In this document: piece by piece, positions 60,849 to 64,000 of the stretch
Layout: the number at the start of each line of letters is the position of its first letter
Position numbering within the stretch: the first letter of the stretch is position 1
Origin: Barthelona sp. PCE
Lineage: Eukaryota
Assembly (NCBI GenBank): GCA_040285745.1
Contig: JAUFOR010000002.1
Location: 1,736,001-1,800,000, forward strand
DNA: 64,000 bases
Direction: 5' to 3'
Made by a program: the position numbers and the translations under genes
The notes under the pieces: generated by a model
Told to the model about the DNA's origin: nothing
Databases searched by the model: none
What the model saw: the letters and a program-made list of their open reading frames with translations, nothing else

Positions 60849-62501
60849 CTATTTTTTTTTATTCCCCTTCATACGTGGCATATGACATAAACAATTGACA
60901 AGTCTTACATAGTTAGTGCCACTTACAGCGAGCGTCGTGCTGGATTCGTGCTCAGTACCCCATGCGATGACATGGTGCACCTTTTCAAGAGACTGCATCT
61001 GTGGTTCTATTTGCAAGTTTGCTTCATCAAGCATCCTATATCGGAATCTATCATTAAATGTGAACACGCACTCCCTCTGCTCGTTCTCGTTAAAGAGGGG
61101 AAACGTACCGGGAACAGTTGCGTAATGAACCGTGTATCCTTTGGTTCGGCATTTTCTCATTGAAGTCTTGATGAGATGAATGCTTTTAAAATCTCGTACT
61201 TGGAACCCGTCTGTTGCCGTAGCGTGCCATGTGTTCTCGTTGTAACAACAGTCAATGTACTCGCCATATGGGTTCTCTTTAAGAATACCTGTTTTTGAGC
61301 CCCGCTGTCTCTTTTCCTCCCACCATTTAATGCCCGTTTGCCCGTACTGCTGCTGGATGCCGCTGTCGGTCACGATGCCTATTCCAATGTTAGGCATGGG
61401 AGTATATGCTGTTGGTGCAAGACCACAAGGAATCACTTTGCTGTAACAGGTTTGTTTTCTGTTAAAGACCACTACCTCATTAAAAATGTCAATAAAATAC
61501 AACATCAATGATGCGCATGTGACTGTTATATATCCTTTCCACTCGAAATGTCTACTTATGACCACTTGGGTTATTGGTTCTGCTGCAACTTTATATGATC
61601 CACGTTTACGGAAAACAACAGCATCATCAAAGTTCATCTCGTACAGCAAGACTGATCCGCAGCGCGTACCTATGGCTAAACAATTCCCATACACATCCAC
61701 ACATTGAACATGGCGATTTTTTGGGAGCTCCATTGTGTGATGGACCAATTTTCCCGCAAAAATAATGAAAAACACAACGCAAACGCTAGACGCTGCAACA
61801 ACATACGGGTAACGTTCTTGCTTTGCATCGGAAAACACTGAAATCAACGAAAAAAAGCCATCACTTCCATCAATGCCACATTTGCTCAAATGAGATGCAG
61901 AACAAAACTGTCTAAGATTGTTCTCAACACATGAAAAGAGTTCTGGAAGGCCATTTATACCACCATAAGTTGCAGAACAAAAAAATATGAGCAGCTGGGA
62001 CTGTGTTAGGACAAATAACAAATCACCGTTCCAAGCCATAGATAATGCTTTCTCACCAATTGCTATCACGCACGATGATGGAAACTGGCCAATGGTCCGG
62101 ATAAAACTATCAGAAATTACTGCATGTGATTCTTCCGGTATCCATCTAGTCCTCAGTTCTACATCTGATACTTGATCCTTTGAAAGTGGAACCTCGCCTG
62201 ATTCGCCCACTCTCAGTTGTCTAATCCCTCCATTAGCTTCTGGATCAAAATACTTAAGATCAGGCAATGATACTGGATTGTGCAGCTCTGTTTCGCTAAA
62301 TTCCCCTGCCCCTTTCTCAATATTTGCAGGTTCCCACTCAGCGCAATGTGGTTTAAAAAACAAAAAAGGTGTTTGTGGATATGGAATTTCCTTTTTATCT
62401 TCAGACAGCAATTTAGCTGATCTGTGAAGTGGTATCATCTTGTACCACTTCTTTTCATCGTTGTCGGGAGCAAATTTTATCGATGGTTCATGTAAACTCA
62501 T
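60849..62501 (-). CDS. WD40-like beta-propeller protein (weak resemblance to TFIIIC subunit GTF3C2/Tfc6)
   Basis: ALSMAW, VQCVD...LAIGTRCGSVLLYEM, PITQVVIS and terminal LAVSGTNYVRL propeller-type strands. Confidence 0.5.
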   Translation of the reverse strand: MSLHEPSIKFAPDNDEKKWYKMIPLHRSAKLLSEDKKEIPYPQTPFLFFKPHCAEWEPANIEKGAGEFSETELHNPVSLPDLKYFDPEANGGIRQLRVGESGEVPLSKDQVSDVELRTRWIPEESHAVISDSFIRTIGQFPSSCVIAIGEKALSMAWNGDLLFVLTQSQLLIFFCSATYGGINGLPELFSCVENNLRQFCSASHLSKCGIDGSDGFFSLISVFSDAKQERYPYVVAASSVCVVFFIIFAGKLVHHTMELPKNRHVQCVDVYGNCLAIGTRCGSVLLYEMNFDDAVVFRKRGSYKVAAEPITQVVISRHFEWKGYITVTCASLMLYFIDIFNEVVVFNRKQTCYSKVIPCGLAPTAYTPMPNIGIGIVTDSGIQQQYGQTGIKWWEEKRQRGSKTGILKENPYGEYIDCCYNENTWHATATDGFQVRDFKSIHLIKTSMRKCRTKGYTVHYATVPGTFPLFNENEQRECVFTFNDRFRYRMLDEANLQIEPQMQSLEKVHHVIAWGTEHESSTTLAVSGTNYVRLVNCLCHMPRMKGNKKK

Positions 62502-62548
62502 TGAAAAGGATCAAAACTTAAAACAAACTTTTACTAAGTGCTGCATTA

Positions 62549-64000
62549 CTAAATCTCATCATAACCGTTAATGGATGATGTAGTTGCTGCTGCTGCACCT
62601 CTACCAGCCTCGGTAGCATCGCGCTTGAACCAGCCCTTAACAATACCGGGAACATCCTTCATATTATTGAAAGGGAGCTTCTTCTTATACCACATGAAAC
62701 CAATGGCGACAGCAATAGCAACAAAGAAAAGGAACCAGAGCCAACCGTTACCACCCTTATCCTTCTTAACGGGTTTGGGAGCGATCCAGACACTAAGATC
62801 TTCATTTGTCCAGGCATCGTATAGTTCAACGGCAACAAAGACTCTGTTAAGGGGATTAACATCGAGCTCGCACTGGAATGAATCGAAACAAAGGTGGCTA
62901 CGTTCACTGGTGGATGAGGGATGAGGGTCATACTGACTAATAGCAATAGCCTTAACTGCCTCACTAGTCTGGACCTTCATGTGAAGGTTCTTGATGTTCT
63001 CAACAGTGAAGTAGATGTGCTGGTTACCAAGACCCTTGATAGCAGTCTTCTTGGCATCATCGAAGAGAAGATTGGTCTCGAGCAAACGAATGGTGTATTC
63101 GTTGGCAGCACCCTCGCCGATAACGGAAGCGTAAACGGATGTCTTCTCACCGCCAGCGGGCTGGGGAACGTGAAGATAGGTGGGATGGACGGTTGAGTAA
63201 TGGGGAAGCTTGAAGGCAAAGTTATCCTCCGTAGGGACATCGCCGTACTGAACGTACAAGCTCATGGGTCCATTCTTCTCAGCCAAGGGAGTGAGTTCGA
63301 GGAACTGACGCTTGGTCTCAGCAGTATGGTACGAATAGATATCGAAGCCGTCACGTTGGGTCAAGACGGAGCGGAGATAGAGACCGTCAGTAAGAGGATC
63401 AATCTCGTCAAAGTAGAGGTTATAAGAGCTACGCTGGACAGCATTGAAACTGTCTGAGTTTGATGGTGGGTTCTCAATGGTGATGTAATAGTACTGACCC
63501 ACGTCTTGGAAGACCTCATTCTCATCATCAATGTAGATGGCACGAGCAGGGGAAGTGAACTTGTAGGCGTAGTTATCAGGAATGGCATCCTTGGCGGGGG
63601 GAGTCGTTGTGATATAACCGTTAAGAACATCCTTTGATTCGATATTAATGACAATAGGTGCGCCCTGCTCAATAACTGTATAACGGTAATAGTCAAAGCC
63701 AGCAACTGCCACGTTTCCACGTTGAACGCGATGAGCCTGCAGAATAGTAAGGTCATTACGGTGGAAATCCACAGTGAATTTAGACGTACCAATGCCAAAG
63801 ACACCGATATTTAAGAACTTCTTATCCTTAATATCATCCTTGCGGAAGACAATACGCTTATCTTCATTGGTAGTAAGGTGATAATCGTAGAATCCGCGGA
63901 TCTTGTTGGGAAGAGGGTATGTGGTCGAGACAACAACATCAACACCATATGAGAACTCGTCAACATCGAGTGAGAGGACATAGTCGCCTTCAACGTTAAT
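62549..64000 (-). CDS. Type I membrane protein with repeated lumenal beta-sandwich modules and a YxxPhi tail; N-terminus lies beyond the window
   Basis: Frame stays open from 64000 (INVEGDYVLSLDV...FTVDFHRND), so the GTG start in the ORF track is internal. TM WLWFLFFVAIAVAIGFMWY; ends GYDEI; C-ending codons are frequent. Confidence 0.8.
   Translation of the reverse strand: MNVEGDYVLSLDVDEFSYGVDVVVSTTYPLPNKIRGFYDYHLTTNEDKRIVFRKDDIKDKKFLNIGVFGIGTSKFTVDFHRNDLTILQAHRVQRGNVAVAGFDYYRYTVIEQGAPIVINIESKDVLNGYITTTPPAKDAIPDNYAYKFTSPARAIYIDDENEVFQDVGQYYYITIENPPSNSDSFNAVQRSSYNLYFDEIDPLTDGLYLRSVLTQRDGFDIYSYHTAETKRQFLELTPLAEKNGPMSLYVQYGDVPTEDNFAFKLPHYSTVHPTYLHVPQPAGGEKTSVYASVIGEGAANEYTIRLLETNLLFDDAKKTAIKGLGNQHIYFTVENIKNLHMKVQTSEAVKAIAISQYDPHPSSTSERSHLCFDSFQCELDVNPLNRVFVAVELYDAWTNEDLSVWIAPKPVKKDKGGNGWLWFLFFVAIAVAIGFMWYKKKLPFNNMKDVPGIVKGWFKRDATEAGRGAAAATTSSINGYDEI

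Noticed and set aside
1-64000. Alternative genetic code, tRNA/rRNA genes, transposase or reverse transcriptase genes
   Set aside because: Conserved proteins end at TAA, TAG and TGA at expected lengths with no internal stops; no cloverleaf, rRNA-like or mobile-element coding sequence was recognised.

Overview
A very gene-dense eukaryotic nuclear window with about 32 CDSs, two of them cut by the window edges. No intron is needed to explain any gene, TAA/TAG/TGA all act as stops (standard code), and most intergenic gaps are under 300 bp; two convergent gene pairs overlap at their stop codons. Core eukaryotic genes include 26S proteasome RPT5 and RPT3, topoisomerase III-beta, V-ATPase c'', PRP38, a RAD9-like clamp and a DEX1-like protein. 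Centriolin-like, IQCE-like and SAXO-like genes suggest a flagellated organism. Membrane systems include a Slo/BK-type K+ channel, a TMC-like channel, a prominin/tweety-like protein and a 3666-aa RCC1/EGF/IPT surface protein. Two genes look prokaryote-derived: a GSI glutamine synthetase and an HpnB/CrtQ-like GT2. The profile suggests a streamlined flagellated protist, possibly an anaerobic metamonad (inference only). Best leads: (1) a head-to-head pair of ABCA half-transporters whose ATPase motifs are reciprocally degenerate, predicting an obligate heterodimer with one working ATP site, with a palindrome in the middle of their shared promoter; (2) a ~200-nt multi-helix RNA-like fold of no class I recognise in the only long intergenic region; (3) highly divergent candidates for Cdt1, Spc24, TFIIF-beta, SS18 and TSPO. 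All family calls come from motifs read by eye, not from database searches.
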